Below are positions 36,190-46,357 of a stretch of 64,000 nt of DNA, piece by piece (within the stretch, counting starts at the first letter, position 1; each line of letters opens with the position of its first letter). A program made the position numbers and the translations under genes. The stretch comes from a virus (lineage: Duplodnaviria > Caudoviricetes), in the IMG/VR virus record IMGVR_UViG_3300007852_000001, positions 546-64,545 of that record, one strand, 5' to 3'. The notes under the pieces are model-generated. The model was not told the origin of the DNA, did not search any database, and was given only the letters and a program-made list of their open reading frames with translations.

Positions 36190-36810
36190 TTACAATAGGT
36201 CTGCGGCCAGCGTCCCACCAGTCTCGATGCTGTCGGACGTGAGACCGTTTTCGGCCGTGTCCGTGTCCCCATCTTCTTTTAAGAGGAGCGTGCCCGAAGT
36301 CTGAATACGGACCTCGTGACCAGCGGGAATACCACCACCGATAATTTCTGTCGCCTCCTCGTCGGTTAGTTGTGCGTTATCAAAGACTTCCTTTTGCGCC
36401 CGTAGCGTGACTATAGCAGGCAGTGCCTCGTGGTTGGTGCTAATCTGAATGTTGTCGGCGTTTGTTCTAAGCACCGCGCCACTAAATTCAACGAAGTCAT
36501 CGTAATCGGTGTTCGTTCGTGCCTGCGCCAGTTTGGCCTTAATGCGAGTTCGATACTTGCCGTCAAGTTCACCGCTAAGGCGGTCTAACTGGACAAGCTC
36601 GCCGAAGTTGTCAAGCTGTTCACCAGCGGCCGTATCAATGTGGCTGGACTCCAGTACGTCTTCGAGGTCGTCGTCAAGGCGGTCAGCCTCGCTCAACAGG
36701 GCACGGACGAGCTTCTGCATGTTGGACTGCGGGCCGAACGCAACACCCCCACTCCACTCATCTTCTGCTTTATTAATATTCCGACCGTCGGGAAATTCCT
36801 TATGAGCCAT
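36190..36810 (-). CDS. Baseplate wedge protein
   Basis: IDTAAGEQLDNFG...R....E.DGKYRTRI; follows baseplate J. Confidence 0.75.
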   Translation of the reverse strand: MAHKEFPDGRNINKAEDEWSGGVAFGPQSNMQKLVRALLSEADRLDDDLEDVLESSHIDTAAGEQLDNFGELVQLDRLSGELDGKYRTRIKAKLAQARTNTDYDDFVEFSGAVLRTNADNIQISTNHEALPAIVTLRAQKEVFDNAQLTDEEATEIIGGGIPAGHEVRIQTSGTLLLKEDGDTDTAENGLTSDSIETGGTLAADLL

Positions 36811-38637
36811 TTACTGTTGCCTCGTGTTGATTGTAATACTGGTGTCCGTCGCGTCCGTCTGTGCAACCTCAATCGGGTCTATCTGAATGACTTCGATACC
36901 GTCGACGGTTGTGGACGTGGGTGTCGTCTCAAGTGGTGCGCCGTCCACAGCTTTGTCGAAGGCAATGACACCAGTGTCATCTCCCACAATAATGTCGCGT
37001 AGCACGTCGATAATCACATCCTTACCGACCTGAAGGCCGATGGTTTCGGCACCGCTCGACTCCGTACCGCCAATATAACGGGTAATCTTGTCACGGAGGG
37101 GGTCGTTGCCAATATAACTCCCGTTAATAACGAGGTCCAGCGTCATGTCAATGTTGACGGCCGTGGGGCGAGAGAACTCAATCTGGCGCTCTTGGTCGTT
37201 CGTGTCGGACACGACCGTCTCAGTCACGGACGTGCCGTTCACGCCTGAATAGTCACGGGCCGTCACGGCCTTCTTCTCGAACAGCGCCTCGGCGACCTGC
37301 TGGTCAGTCCCGCCAAAGACGACGGCCTCAAAGGAGTGTGGCGGCAGTCCGCCAGTCCCAGTGTTGTCGCTGTCCGTCTTATTCTCGAACATCGTGACAG
37401 ACGTAACCTCGGGAATACTGTTACGAATGTTGCCGACGATAGCATCGTGGGTCGCACTCCCACCACCAGTTGTCACGTCGACCGCACGGTCTCGCAGTGC
37501 GGCATCAGTCTCTTCTTCCTGTCCGACACGGAACTGGTTACCCTCTCGGTCCGTAAAGTCCGTGGAGCCTGTCGGATACAGGTTTGTGACCGTGTTCACT
37601 CCAGCGGGCGGCGAGGGAAGTGCCGTTAGTGTGTTCGCACCAAGGTTGCTATCGGGGCCGCCCTCAACCGCACGAATGTTAGCGGACGTGGCGCTCATGG
37701 TGTAGAAGTCGAGGTTTTTCGTACCGTTCGCATCACCGCTCTTGAAGCCAGCCGCACCGCGCTGGTAGGTACCGTCTTCGCCACCGAGAGTGGTCAGTTC
37801 GCTCCCGTTGGCGTCTTTGACCGTTACGCCAATGTTGTCGGTGATGTTCCAGTCCAGTTCGGCCTCGTAGTACGCGTCGGCATTGAGCGTGACGGAGGCC
37901 GTGTCGATAGTTGACGCGACACTACCGTTGTCGACGCGTTCGATACGCACTTCGTTTACGGCCTCGTCAAAGGCAATCTGATAGTAGTTCGAGGCGTCTT
38001 CCTGTACAGCGAAGGTAAGAATCGGCACAGTACCCGCTGTGGGGCGCGCATGGCCGTGCAGAGTCGTTCCTTGGCCGATGTTGATGGATTCATCGTATAT
38101 GTGTGCGCCCGCCGTAGCGTCCAACTGGAGCGCATTTGAGCCATTATATACGTTTGTCGACACAATAGACGCACTGGCCGTATCGCCCGAGAACTCTGTC
38201 AGGTCACCGTCCTCAAAGTCGTTGACCAGTTCGAGAGTGGTGACCTCGCTGGTTTCGAATGTAACGGGGTCCGTGCCAGCCGTCTGCACCTCAGTCCCAC
38301 GCTGAATGATAAAGTCCTCCTCGACCTTGTTATTGGACGTAAATCGCTCGACCCCAGTGGCCCTAATCGCATTTCTGCGCTGTAGGCCAAGCAGCGCCAC
38401 AACGCGTTCGAGGTCACGACCAGTGGCCGTCTCGATAAACGCAGAGTTGTACACCTCGCTGATGCTTTTTTCTTGGTTTTCGCTGAGAACCGTACCAAGA
38501 AGGTCTGCAAGTTTGGTAAACACTGACGATTCTGTCAAGTCAATGTCCTGTCCGAATTCTACCTGTAGCTCGGACTCGATAGCGTTCTGAATCTGGTCGT
38601 CTGTTAACTGCCGATATTCTCCGTTTTCAATGGACAT
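36811..38637 (-). CDS. Baseplate J-like protein with inserted beta-sandwich domain
   Basis: TATGRDLE, GQEEETDAALRDR, LPPHSFEAVV. Confidence 0.9.
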   Translation of the reverse strand: MSIENGEYRQLTDDQIQNAIESELQVEFGQDIDLTESSVFTKLADLLGTVLSENQEKSISEVYNSAFIETATGRDLERVVALLGLQRRNAIRATGVERFTSNNKVEEDFIIQRGTEVQTAGTDPVTFETSEVTTLELVNDFEDGDLTEFSGDTASASIVSTNVYNGSNALQLDATAGAHIYDESINIGQGTTLHGHARPTAGTVPILTFAVQEDASNYYQIAFDEAVNEVRIERVDNGSVASTIDTASVTLNADAYYEAELDWNITDNIGVTVKDANGSELTTLGGEDGTYQRGAAGFKSGDANGTKNLDFYTMSATSANIRAVEGGPDSNLGANTLTALPSPPAGVNTVTNLYPTGSTDFTDREGNQFRVGQEEETDAALRDRAVDVTTGGGSATHDAIVGNIRNSIPEVTSVTMFENKTDSDNTGTGGLPPHSFEAVVFGGTDQQVAEALFEKKAVTARDYSGVNGTSVTETVVSDTNDQERQIEFSRPTAVNIDMTLDLVINGSYIGNDPLRDKITRYIGGTESSGAETIGLQVGKDVIIDVLRDIIVGDDTGVIAFDKAVDGAPLETTPTSTTVDGIEVIQIDPIEVAQTDATDTSITINTRQQ

Positions 38638-38972
38638 TAATCACTCACCTCTAGTGTGAAGTTGTCGTCGCCAACAACTTCGGCCGTAATCTCGACCGTA
38701 TCATCGCGTCGGTCGAACTGTTCAATCGTCACATTACGCACTTCTGCCAACTGCGGGTCCTCGTCAAGTCCTTTACGAATACGCTCTTCGAGGCGGCCAA
38801 TATTCGTACCAGTAATACGCCCACCGATGAAAGCCGAAATTTCGTCCAGTACGTCGATGCCGATGGACTGCCGCAACTGCTGTTTACCACTGACGAGGGC
38901 AAGGTCGTTGCCAGTGTCGAGATGAATATCTTTTCCCTCGTTAAGTTTAAGGTCTGTTGGGTACTCTACCAT
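38637..38972 (-). CDS. Baseplate gp25-like protein
   Basis: DLALVSG..QLRQSI; size and synteny. Confidence 0.7.
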   Translation of the reverse strand: MVEYPTDLKLNEGKDIHLDTGNDLALVSGKQQLRQSIGIDVLDEISAFIGGRITGTNIGRLEERIRKGLDEDPQLAEVRNVTIEQFDRRDDTVEITAEVVGDDNFTLEVSD

Positions 38973-38974
38973 AG

Positions 38975-39793
38975 TTAAATTCCTGCACGCCGAACGTCAA
39001 ATTCGGTCGTTGTGCTACTTCCCAGTACCGTGCGGTTTGTACCAGAGTTATTTTGTATTCGTACGTCAATTACGTCTTCTTTGTCAAGCCGCTTCATTGT
39101 CGTTAGTTGAATCGACAGCGGGGCATTGACACTTGACTGCTGTGAGACACGTTTTTGTTCTATTCCGTTAATAAATATCGCTAATGAATATGAATTGTTC
39201 TGCCCCGCAGTTGGAATTTCGACGGATGTAGTAATCCGATGTAGTCCATCTGCCTTTACTTTAATATCGTTTGTGCTTGGACGGAATAGGTTCTCTTGGT
39301 CGTCTTCCGTCGTGTCGAACGGGACTTTTGTATAAACACCACCGCTTGGTGCTGAAAAGTCTGTACCCAAGTACACGGACGCACTCTGGTGGTCAACGTC
39401 AATCGGGGGCGTACCAGCCGTGCTGATTGTGATATGCCCATCCTCGTGAATTTTCATAGTAGAGCCAGTGCTGTTGCCAAGTATCAGGTCACCTTCTTGG
39501 GCGTCGGGCGGCGATTTGCCGTCACCAAGATACATGCCACCCAGTGCCACAGGTGTGTTGTCTGTGACGTACAGCAACACAACACGCTGTCCTTTTTCGG
39601 GCAACGTGAGCGAGCCGTTTGTCAACGTGAGAACGGGTGCGATAATCGGAATAGCCTCTCCACGAGGCTGCACGCGGACGGCATGGCTTTTTGGCAGCAC
39701 GTCGAGGACCTCTGCCCGCACTACATCATGGTCCCACGACGCGGCTCGAACGTTGTCTTGGTCGAGTGCGTAGGGATTTTTGTTATTGGTCAT
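38975..39793 (-). CDS. Baseplate spike (gpV-like) with C1q-like C-terminal domain
   Basis: OB-fold-like LPEKGQRVVL; C-terminal VPFD...GLHRIT...LDKEDVIDV. Confidence 0.7.
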   Translation of the reverse strand: MTNNKNPYALDQDNVRAASWDHDVVRAEVLDVLPKSHAVRVQPRGEAIPIIAPVLTLTNGSLTLPEKGQRVVLLYVTDNTPVALGGMYLGDGKSPPDAQEGDLILGNSTGSTMKIHEDGHITISTAGTPPIDVDHQSASVYLGTDFSAPSGGVYTKVPFDTTEDDQENLFRPSTNDIKVKADGLHRITTSVEIPTAGQNNSYSLAIFINGIEQKRVSQQSSVNAPLSIQLTTMKRLDKEDVIDVRIQNNSGTNRTVLGSSTTTEFDVRRAGI

Positions 39794-41309
39794 TGACGTT
39801 AATAAATTCAGCAGTTACTTCAAGTTGGTCTTCGTCAAGCGCCAAACTGACGCCCAGTGACGTGGTATACGGCTCGTCGGCCGTGACGTGATGCTTCACG
39901 CTGTTGACCTCGTACTGTATCGGATTCATGCCAGCGTCGAACGTGTTGTTACACACTGGCACGGCCGCCATGTAGTCGTAGGGGCGAATAGACGGGAGTG
40001 CCTTAATCTCAATTGAGCCGTCAGTATTGTCCTCGTGGCGCTTCTTGAACATCCCTACGGCCTGCTCGCGGGCCTCTGACAGCGTTGACGTTCCCGCCTC
40101 CACTGGTCGTGGGCCAAGTTTTCGCCCACCAGCACGCTCCAACAGCGGTGGATAGTCGACCTCGACATGCGGAAACACTTTCGTATGCTCTTCGGGCGAC
40201 GTGATAGGGCCGTCTACAGTGACTCTATCGCCGCTCGGCAGGCGATAAGACTCCGCTGTCTCGCCGTTCAGTTCGAGGTGGTTAATAGGCTTTAAGTCCT
40301 CAAGCGAGTTGTTGTTCAGCACGTCAACGGCTACGGGGTTAAACCCTTGGATGTAGTCCAGCCCATCGGGGTCGAACTGTCCGTCATAGTAGGCCGTGCG
40401 GGCGATTTTATAGTCGTCTTCGGCACCGTTGTTGACAACGAGAACCACGCCCTCGGCCGTGGGTTCGAAATACCACGAGCCGCCTATCTCAGACGTGAGC
40501 CAGACCATCACGTCGGTTAGCGTGTGACGGTTCTTACGGAAGTGCTTGTGCCCACCCGTCTTCAGCGTATCGTCAAGCCACTCTCGAAAGCCCTCTCCAG
40601 CCTCGAAGATGGAGTCAGGATACTTCAGAATCGGGACATCTTCGTTCACCCACCCAACGACCTGCTTCGTGGTCGACTCGAAAAAGCCTTCCACGTCACG
40701 TTCCTCACTCGGCGCAGTCACCGTAACGCCAATAATCGGAATGGGAGAATTCTCCTCAAGGCCGTACTGCGGGTCGAACGCCACGAATTCGGCGACCTGC
40801 TGTGCTGTCGGGCCGTCGTAAGACTTCGTGACGGAAATATTATTCATCAGGTCCGAGGCATCGTACACGTAGAACTGAAAGACACCGTTCTGTGCGGACG
40901 GTCCGACAGAAGCGACATAGCCAAACGATTCGACCGTGTACTCTTCGCTGTACTGGTTCCAGTACATGACGCGAGCCGTGTCGAATTCGGTCTCCCCATC
41001 GTCACTTTTATCAGCCTCGCCCACGTACTGGTAAATGGGGATTTTTTCATCCCCGTTTGCAGATTGCCCCCACGTAACAGGGCAGTAAACGCGTGACGTG
41101 GCTGCGAGGTCGGCAGGCCCGTCCTTGTTAACGCGGGTTTCGACCTCTGTAATAGGCAGTCGCGTCCACACGCCGTCGGACTTGATGTCAACCACGGCCT
41201 CGGGCATCGTTGCCGACCCGCTGTTCTTACAGGAAAAGTCAAGTCCAACATCTGGCAGTGAGGGATGGTCAAAGCCGTCGAAAGCAGCGTCGGAGTAAAT
41301 GTCGGCCAT
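39783..41309 (-). CDS. Baseplate hub protein
   Basis: Synteny; YEVNSVKHHV C-terminus. Confidence 0.65.
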   Translation of the reverse strand: MADIYSDAAFDGFDHPSLPDVGLDFSCKNSGSATMPEAVVDIKSDGVWTRLPITEVETRVNKDGPADLAATSRVYCPVTWGQSANGDEKIPIYQYVGEADKSDDGETEFDTARVMYWNQYSEEYTVESFGYVASVGPSAQNGVFQFYVYDASDLMNNISVTKSYDGPTAQQVAEFVAFDPQYGLEENSPIPIIGVTVTAPSEERDVEGFFESTTKQVVGWVNEDVPILKYPDSIFEAGEGFREWLDDTLKTGGHKHFRKNRHTLTDVMVWLTSEIGGSWYFEPTAEGVVLVVNNGAEDDYKIARTAYYDGQFDPDGLDYIQGFNPVAVDVLNNNSLEDLKPINHLELNGETAESYRLPSGDRVTVDGPITSPEEHTKVFPHVEVDYPPLLERAGGRKLGPRPVEAGTSTLSEAREQAVGMFKKRHEDNTDGSIEIKALPSIRPYDYMAAVPVCNNTFDAGMNPIQYEVNSVKHHVTADEPYTTSLGVSLALDEDQLEVTAEFINVNDQ

Positions 41310-41310
41310 A

Positions 41311-41736
41311 TTAGGGCTGTTTTAGCTGCATCTGAAAGTCAAATGCCAATTCCTTCTCCCCACCACCCATTTCTACGTACAGAAGGTCTTCACTCTGCGT
41401 AATAGACAGACGTTCAACAATAACCTCACCACTAAAAATATCAGACACGAACGTGAAGTTTTCTGTGTTCTTTAAATCACGCATCGGCCCTATCTCGTCT
41501 TCGGTGATGATGCCCTCGACCGTAATTTTCGGCTTCTCGTCAGCTTCACGACGGTTTTCAGACTCGCCACATTCGGTCGTGATGCGGCTCATCTGACCCT
41601 TGTTGTCAAATTTAATTCGTTGCACAACGGACGGGTCAAACTCCCCCGTCGGCTCGCTGTTGATGCTTGCCTTGCGGGAAATAACCTCCGTCGTCGTCTG
41701 TTCGCCACTGTCTGCGATGATGCCAAGTCGTGCCAT
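41311..41736 (-). CDS. Tail tube initiator-like protein
   Basis: Position after the tape measure gene. Confidence 0.55.
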   Translation of the reverse strand: MARLGIIADSGEQTTTEVISRKASINSEPTGEFDPSVVQRIKFDNKGQMSRITTECGESENRREADEKPKITVEGIITEDEIGPMRDLKNTENFTFVSDIFSGEVIVERLSITQSEDLLYVEMGGGEKELAFDFQMQLKQP

Positions 41737-41739
41737 ATA

Positions 41740-43488
41740 TTACCTCCCCGTCGTCCGCCCACTCATCCAGTCGGCATGGTCGAGGTTGCTACGGTCCTCG
41801 TCAGGATTACCACTCGATTCCACGTTGAAGGTGGTTCCGCCCGCGCTACCCCCCCCCCTCGACCCACCAGAACCACCCTCTGGCGAAAAGCCGTAGGGGC
41901 TGGTCCCAGTACCGCCGAAACCAGCGCCGTCCATGCCGCTCTGGACGTTGTTAAAGTCCTGAAGCGAGGACGTGGCCCCGTCGATGGAGCTTTGAAGGTC
42001 CGTAAAGCGACTCGCCATCGCCCCGACGAATGCAATAAGTCCGATGGCGGCCCCGAGCGTCAGCGCCGTCCAGAACGCGGCCGCAGCGAAGGCCGCTTCG
42101 TAGGCCGTAAGCGTGAAACCAGCCATCGCGGCGATAGAACCGATAAGATTTGCCGTAAAGTTTATCAGTCCAGTCAATACTGTGCCAAGTAGCGTGCCGC
42201 CAAACAGTGCCGTGCCTTCTGTCGCAGCCTGTGTGCTGAGGAAGTACGACCCGAGTGCTACAATAGCGTCCACAATGGCCGTGACGAATACAGAACCAAG
42301 AATGGACGACCCAAGCGCCGCAACGCTGATAAACGTCAGCAGAGACCCGATAACCAGCCCAAGAACCTCCCACGAAATACCAAGCCAGTTAATAAAGGCA
42401 CCAATGGCACCAATAACGCGCATGATGACGTTCACCACACGCATGAAGCCAAGTGACAGACGCGTAATGGGTCCGATAGCACTGAGAATAATTTGCACGA
42501 ATTCGGCAAACGTCGGCATAGCCTGTGCAGTCATCTCCACCATCGACCGCATCGCGTCAGTGAAGTTATTTTCAAGCCAGCGTCCGATGTTGCCAAAGAT
42601 GCTCGCAAGGCCGTTCACAACAGACGCAAGTGTGCGCAGCATGTCGGGCACGAAGTCAATAACGAAACCACCGAATGCTCGTGCCTCGTCCGTCAGCGCC
42701 ACCAGCGCATCACCCTCTCGACCAACGGCTTGGAAGAATTTTTTAAGACCAGCCAACCCCCGCTCGAATGTTGGCTGGAGTGCCTCAGCAAGCGGTGCAA
42801 ACGATTCTATGAATGCGTCCTTAATATCCTGAAAAGCGTCGGCCAGCCGCTCGCTGTCAAACTGGCCGTCGACAAGGCCGAGACCAAGTGCACCAAAGCC
42901 AGCAATAGCAGCAAGCGACGCTGCGGCGGCGAAAGCGGCCGTGGCAAGACCGACCATTGCTGTAATGGCAACAGGCATCGCACCCACGAACACTAACAGG
43001 AGCGGCACGAGTCGGGCCATGATGTTGTGCATGTCCGACATGTTAATATTTGTGATAGCCGAGTTTTCAGCCATCTTGCTGAACGACTTCCGAAGGTCAC
43101 TAACAGTGTCCAGCAAACCGCTATCACTGCGCAGTGCGGCCATTGGCGAGGGTGTACGAGCACCACCCATTGCTCCTCCTCCACCCCCCATTGCTCTGGC
43201 TGCACTGGCCCCGCTGAGGCCAGCGGCTAACCCGCCCTTACTGACGTTGGTATCGATGTCAATACTGTTACCAGCCTCCCATGACTCAATGATGGACGAC
43301 ATCATGGTGAGGTCGTCGGCTATCGGTTCTACTCGGGTGTCGATACTAATTCCGCGTGTACCACGTCGGTCGACGCGGCTAATCTGCGATTTAAGATTAC
43401 GCAGTTCGTCTTTCAACGCAATAAGATTATCGACAGCCTCACCAATATCTACATCGACAATGATTTGGAGATTTTCTATGGCTGCCAT
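41740..43488 (-). CDS. Tape measure protein
   Basis: Ala/Gly-rich helical protein with hydrophobic segments; follows the chaperones. Confidence 0.85.
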   Translation of the reverse strand: MAAIENLQIIVDVDIGEAVDNLIALKDELRNLKSQISRVDRRGTRGISIDTRVEPIADDLTMMSSIIESWEAGNSIDIDTNVSKGGLAAGLSGASAARAMGGGGGAMGGARTPSPMAALRSDSGLLDTVSDLRKSFSKMAENSAITNINMSDMHNIMARLVPLLLVFVGAMPVAITAMVGLATAAFAAAASLAAIAGFGALGLGLVDGQFDSERLADAFQDIKDAFIESFAPLAEALQPTFERGLAGLKKFFQAVGREGDALVALTDEARAFGGFVIDFVPDMLRTLASVVNGLASIFGNIGRWLENNFTDAMRSMVEMTAQAMPTFAEFVQIILSAIGPITRLSLGFMRVVNVIMRVIGAIGAFINWLGISWEVLGLVIGSLLTFISVAALGSSILGSVFVTAIVDAIVALGSYFLSTQAATEGTALFGGTLLGTVLTGLINFTANLIGSIAAMAGFTLTAYEAAFAAAAFWTALTLGAAIGLIAFVGAMASRFTDLQSSIDGATSSLQDFNNVQSGMDGAGFGGTGTSPYGFSPEGGSGGSRGGGSAGGTTFNVESSGNPDEDRSNLDHADWMSGRTTGR

Positions 43489-43603
43489 GTGTTCGTCTCA
43501 CCTATACCGTACTGACGGATAACTAATAGAGAAACTGTAGTTGTGACTCAACAGATTTAAGTAGGTGCATCCCCTAACTACAGTAAGGGGAGAAAAACAG
43601 CGG

Positions 43604-44379
43604 TTAGAACTTCGTTGCCTTGTTGAACCGTTGGGCTTTATCCATGCCCTGTGGCTTGGCAGACGAGTCTGACTCTTCGCTGTGATAGTTCTTGGCCATC
43701 ACGTAGACGAAGCGTTGTATGGGAGTACAGTCACGGGCCGACGTAAAGAGCTTACGCCCGTTGTCGTGGAGTGTGTATATCTCCTTTCCCATATCAGACT
43801 CGGCCAACTTCGTCAGTTTTTTGTATCACCAAGCGTTTCACCAAGGACCTTGACGCCAATAGCGAACGAGGCAAAGTTGGTCGACCGTTCAATCATCGGG
43901 TCAATAACGTGGTCATTGATGTACTGCTTGGCCGCTTCGTTGGACGTAGAACCGTACTTCTCGGAAATTTCGTCCGTAAACTCAGTCAGTGCCTTCCGAA
44001 CGTCGCTTTCGTCGGGTTCGACGCCGCACTTGCCCGCCTGCTTTAGCCCCTCGTAGGTTTCAAAGGACAGTTCATCGAACAGATTGATGTCAGAGTCCTC
44101 AACCTCGGCCTGAAGCCGCTGAAGGTCGTCTTCCTCGTCCTCGGTGAGGGTGTCCTTCTCACTAAGTTCCTGATACTCTTCCATCTTGTCTTCAGGCAGT
44201 TCCGACTGAAGTGCCTCTAGTTCGTCGGTATCAACCTTCGACATGACTTCCCACTGCTCGGGGTCACGCAGTTGGCGGACGGTAAGATTGTGCGGCTCGT
44301 CGTCAATCGAAACGTTAATGTTACCGCGCCACTCCGCACCCTGTTCCGTTTTGGCTCTCGCCGCGAATAAATCACTCAT
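43604..44379 (-). CDS. Tail assembly chaperone (43813-44379) with -1 frameshift extension (to 43604)
   Basis: Slippery A-AAA-AAC (43822-43816) just before TGA; the -1 frame continues LTKLAESDMGK... Confidence 0.8.
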
Positions 44380-44501
44380 TGGGACTCATATTAACCGTAC
44401 TGACGGGTACGGGCACCGCAGTCGTCCGTCATGGACTGACGTATGGGAACATCTATACTTACTGACACTTTTAAATGCTAAATAAAAAAGTGGGTGGCTA
44501 A

Positions 44502-44585
44502 CTATAGGTCTGCGCTTATTGCCGTCCGCGATGGCGCACGGTCTTCGACGGCAGTCTTGCGCTGGCGCGAAGGCTACGGCTATAG
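44502..44585 (-). repeat. 84-bp dispersed element, copy B (inverted relative to copy A)
   Basis: Matches 19645-19728; CTATAG at both ends. Confidence 0.9.
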
Positions 44586-45023
44586 CTCAACCGAGTCGTC
44601 TCGGCCCGTCGCAAGCCCCTCGACCTCGAACTCAATCGGGTCACCGCTCGACCCACTGATGTTTCGCGTACCAGCGTAGGCACCCGTCATCTTGTCCGTG
44701 TAGTCTTCGGCACTTAGGACAATCTCCATCTCGACGGAACGACCGTCTTCGGACGCGATGGACGAGAACAGTTCAGCGTCCTCACCCTGCACCGTAAAGG
44801 AGAACGAATGGTCCACGTCACCGCGAGAGACGCCAAGCGCCTCCGCATTTCCAATGCCCGACAGCGCGTCCATGTCTTCCTCGCTCTCAAGCGAGAAGTC
44901 GTCCACGACGATGGCGCTTGTGTTGGCCAGTTCCGCAGAGCCAGTCCGAGTACCAGAGTCGTTTCGAATGACGCGACTGACGATAAGCGTTACGTCGTTT
45001 GCGTTAGTAGGGTTCCATGACAT
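44580..45023 (-). CDS. Tail tube protein
   Basis: 147 aa, directly after the sheath gene. Confidence 0.8.
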   Translation of the reverse strand: MSWNPTNANDVTLIVSRVIRNDSGTRTGSAELANTSAIVVDDFSLESEEDMDALSGIGNAEALGVSRGDVDHSFSFTVQGEDAELFSSIASEDGRSVEMEIVLSAEDYTDKMTGAYAGTRNISGSSGDPIEFEVEGLATGRDDSVEL

Positions 45024-45037
45024 ACTAATCTACCTCG

Positions 45038-46339
45038 TTAGACGGCCCCTCCGTTGAGAACCACGTCACCGACAGTGATGGTCACGTTAATGCGGTCCAT
45101 GTAGTCAACCACGTCGAGACCGATGTCGAGATTGACTGTGTTATCGTCAGCCCCCACACTAACCGCGACGTTGAAGGCGTCGAGGAGGTTGTCGTTCTGA
45201 AGTTCGCGGTACGACGTGTTGTGCGACTCACGGAGAAGCAGCCGATTCTCCGCCGTGTTCGCCTTGCCGACGAAGTTGCCCGAAATACTATTCGAAATTT
45301 CAGTCGCCTCGTCAACAATTTCGGACCACGCAATGCGTTCAAAACGCGGGTCAGTGGACGTGTTTCGGTCCTTGACAACCTCAATGCTGCCAGCATCCGT
45401 GCGAAGCACGTACACACCAGCATCGATAAGCGTACCAGCGTCAGCGTTGCTGTACTCAGTCTTTAGCGAGAAGAGACCAGCGAGACTCTCGCCCGTGGTC
45501 GAGTCGCCAAGTGCCTGACCCGACTGCTTGCCAGCGACGGCACCGACAGTACGAACCTCCTCCGTCTCGCCCTCGTCCGTGTAGGCACGGGCTGAAGAGA
45601 TAAAGGCCTGTCGGCGGTCGTCAAAGGAATTCGTGTACGAAGAGACCTCAGGCACGTGGTCGCCGACGTAGCCGTGCATGAAGTCGAAGTTCGGGTCGTA
45701 CGTGTTCAGTTCCGAGAGAAGCGTGTTGGTCACGCTCGTGTTCTCGGTACAAACACCGATAGAGCGTGGGACCTTTGCCGCGACGTTTTCGATAGCGGTA
45801 GTGTAGTCTCCGTACGTATAGACGACCTCGTAGTCGCTCAATTCGTCAAACGCAATCTCGCCCGTGGTCGGATTGACCTCGGCCGTATTGGCGTCAGCGG
45901 GGGTCGTGGGCGTGCCGTCGACGTACTCGACCGTAACGGACACCGCTTCCGTAGTGTCCGTAATGTCAATGGTGTGTTCCGTGTTGACACGCGGGTCGAA
46001 CGCGGGCGGCTCCGCCAGCGTGTACGAAGACGCTGTCGTAACGGTCTCAGTGGCCTCCGTCTCTGCGGGCGGGGCCGCGTAGACCAAACCAGCGCCGTTC
46101 GCAAAGGCCAGCGCCGTCTGCGTCGCAAGTTCGGAGTCCCCACCAAAGGCTGTCTCGGCCTCGGCGGACGACTCAATCTGTACAACTTCTCCACCAGTGG
46201 CAGTACCATTGGCTGCGTCATAGCCGCCGACAAGACCGACTGTCGTCTCGAACGCGGCGCTAACGGCCGTAGTACCACCAGAACGAACGGTGACCGAGGT
46301 TCCAGTAACGGAACCAGTCACGCCGTAAATTTCTGTCAT
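45038..46339 (-). CDS. Tail sheath protein
   Basis: IESSAEAETAFG; C-terminal FVGKANT...RINVTITV. Confidence 0.88.
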   Translation of the reverse strand: MTEIYGVTGSVTGTSVTVRSGGTTAVSAAFETTVGLVGGYDAANGTATGGEVVQIESSAEAETAFGGDSELATQTALAFANGAGLVYAAPPAETEATETVTTASSYTLAEPPAFDPRVNTEHTIDITDTTEAVSVTVEYVDGTPTTPADANTAEVNPTTGEIAFDELSDYEVVYTYGDYTTAIENVAAKVPRSIGVCTENTSVTNTLLSELNTYDPNFDFMHGYVGDHVPEVSSYTNSFDDRRQAFISSARAYTDEGETEEVRTVGAVAGKQSGQALGDSTTGESLAGLFSLKTEYSNADAGTLIDAGVYVLRTDAGSIEVVKDRNTSTDPRFERIAWSEIVDEATEISNSISGNFVGKANTAENRLLLRESHNTSYRELQNDNLLDAFNVAVSVGADDNTVNLDIGLDVVDYMDRINVTITVGDVVLNGGAV

Positions 46340-46357
46340 TGTTAGTATATCTCTGTG

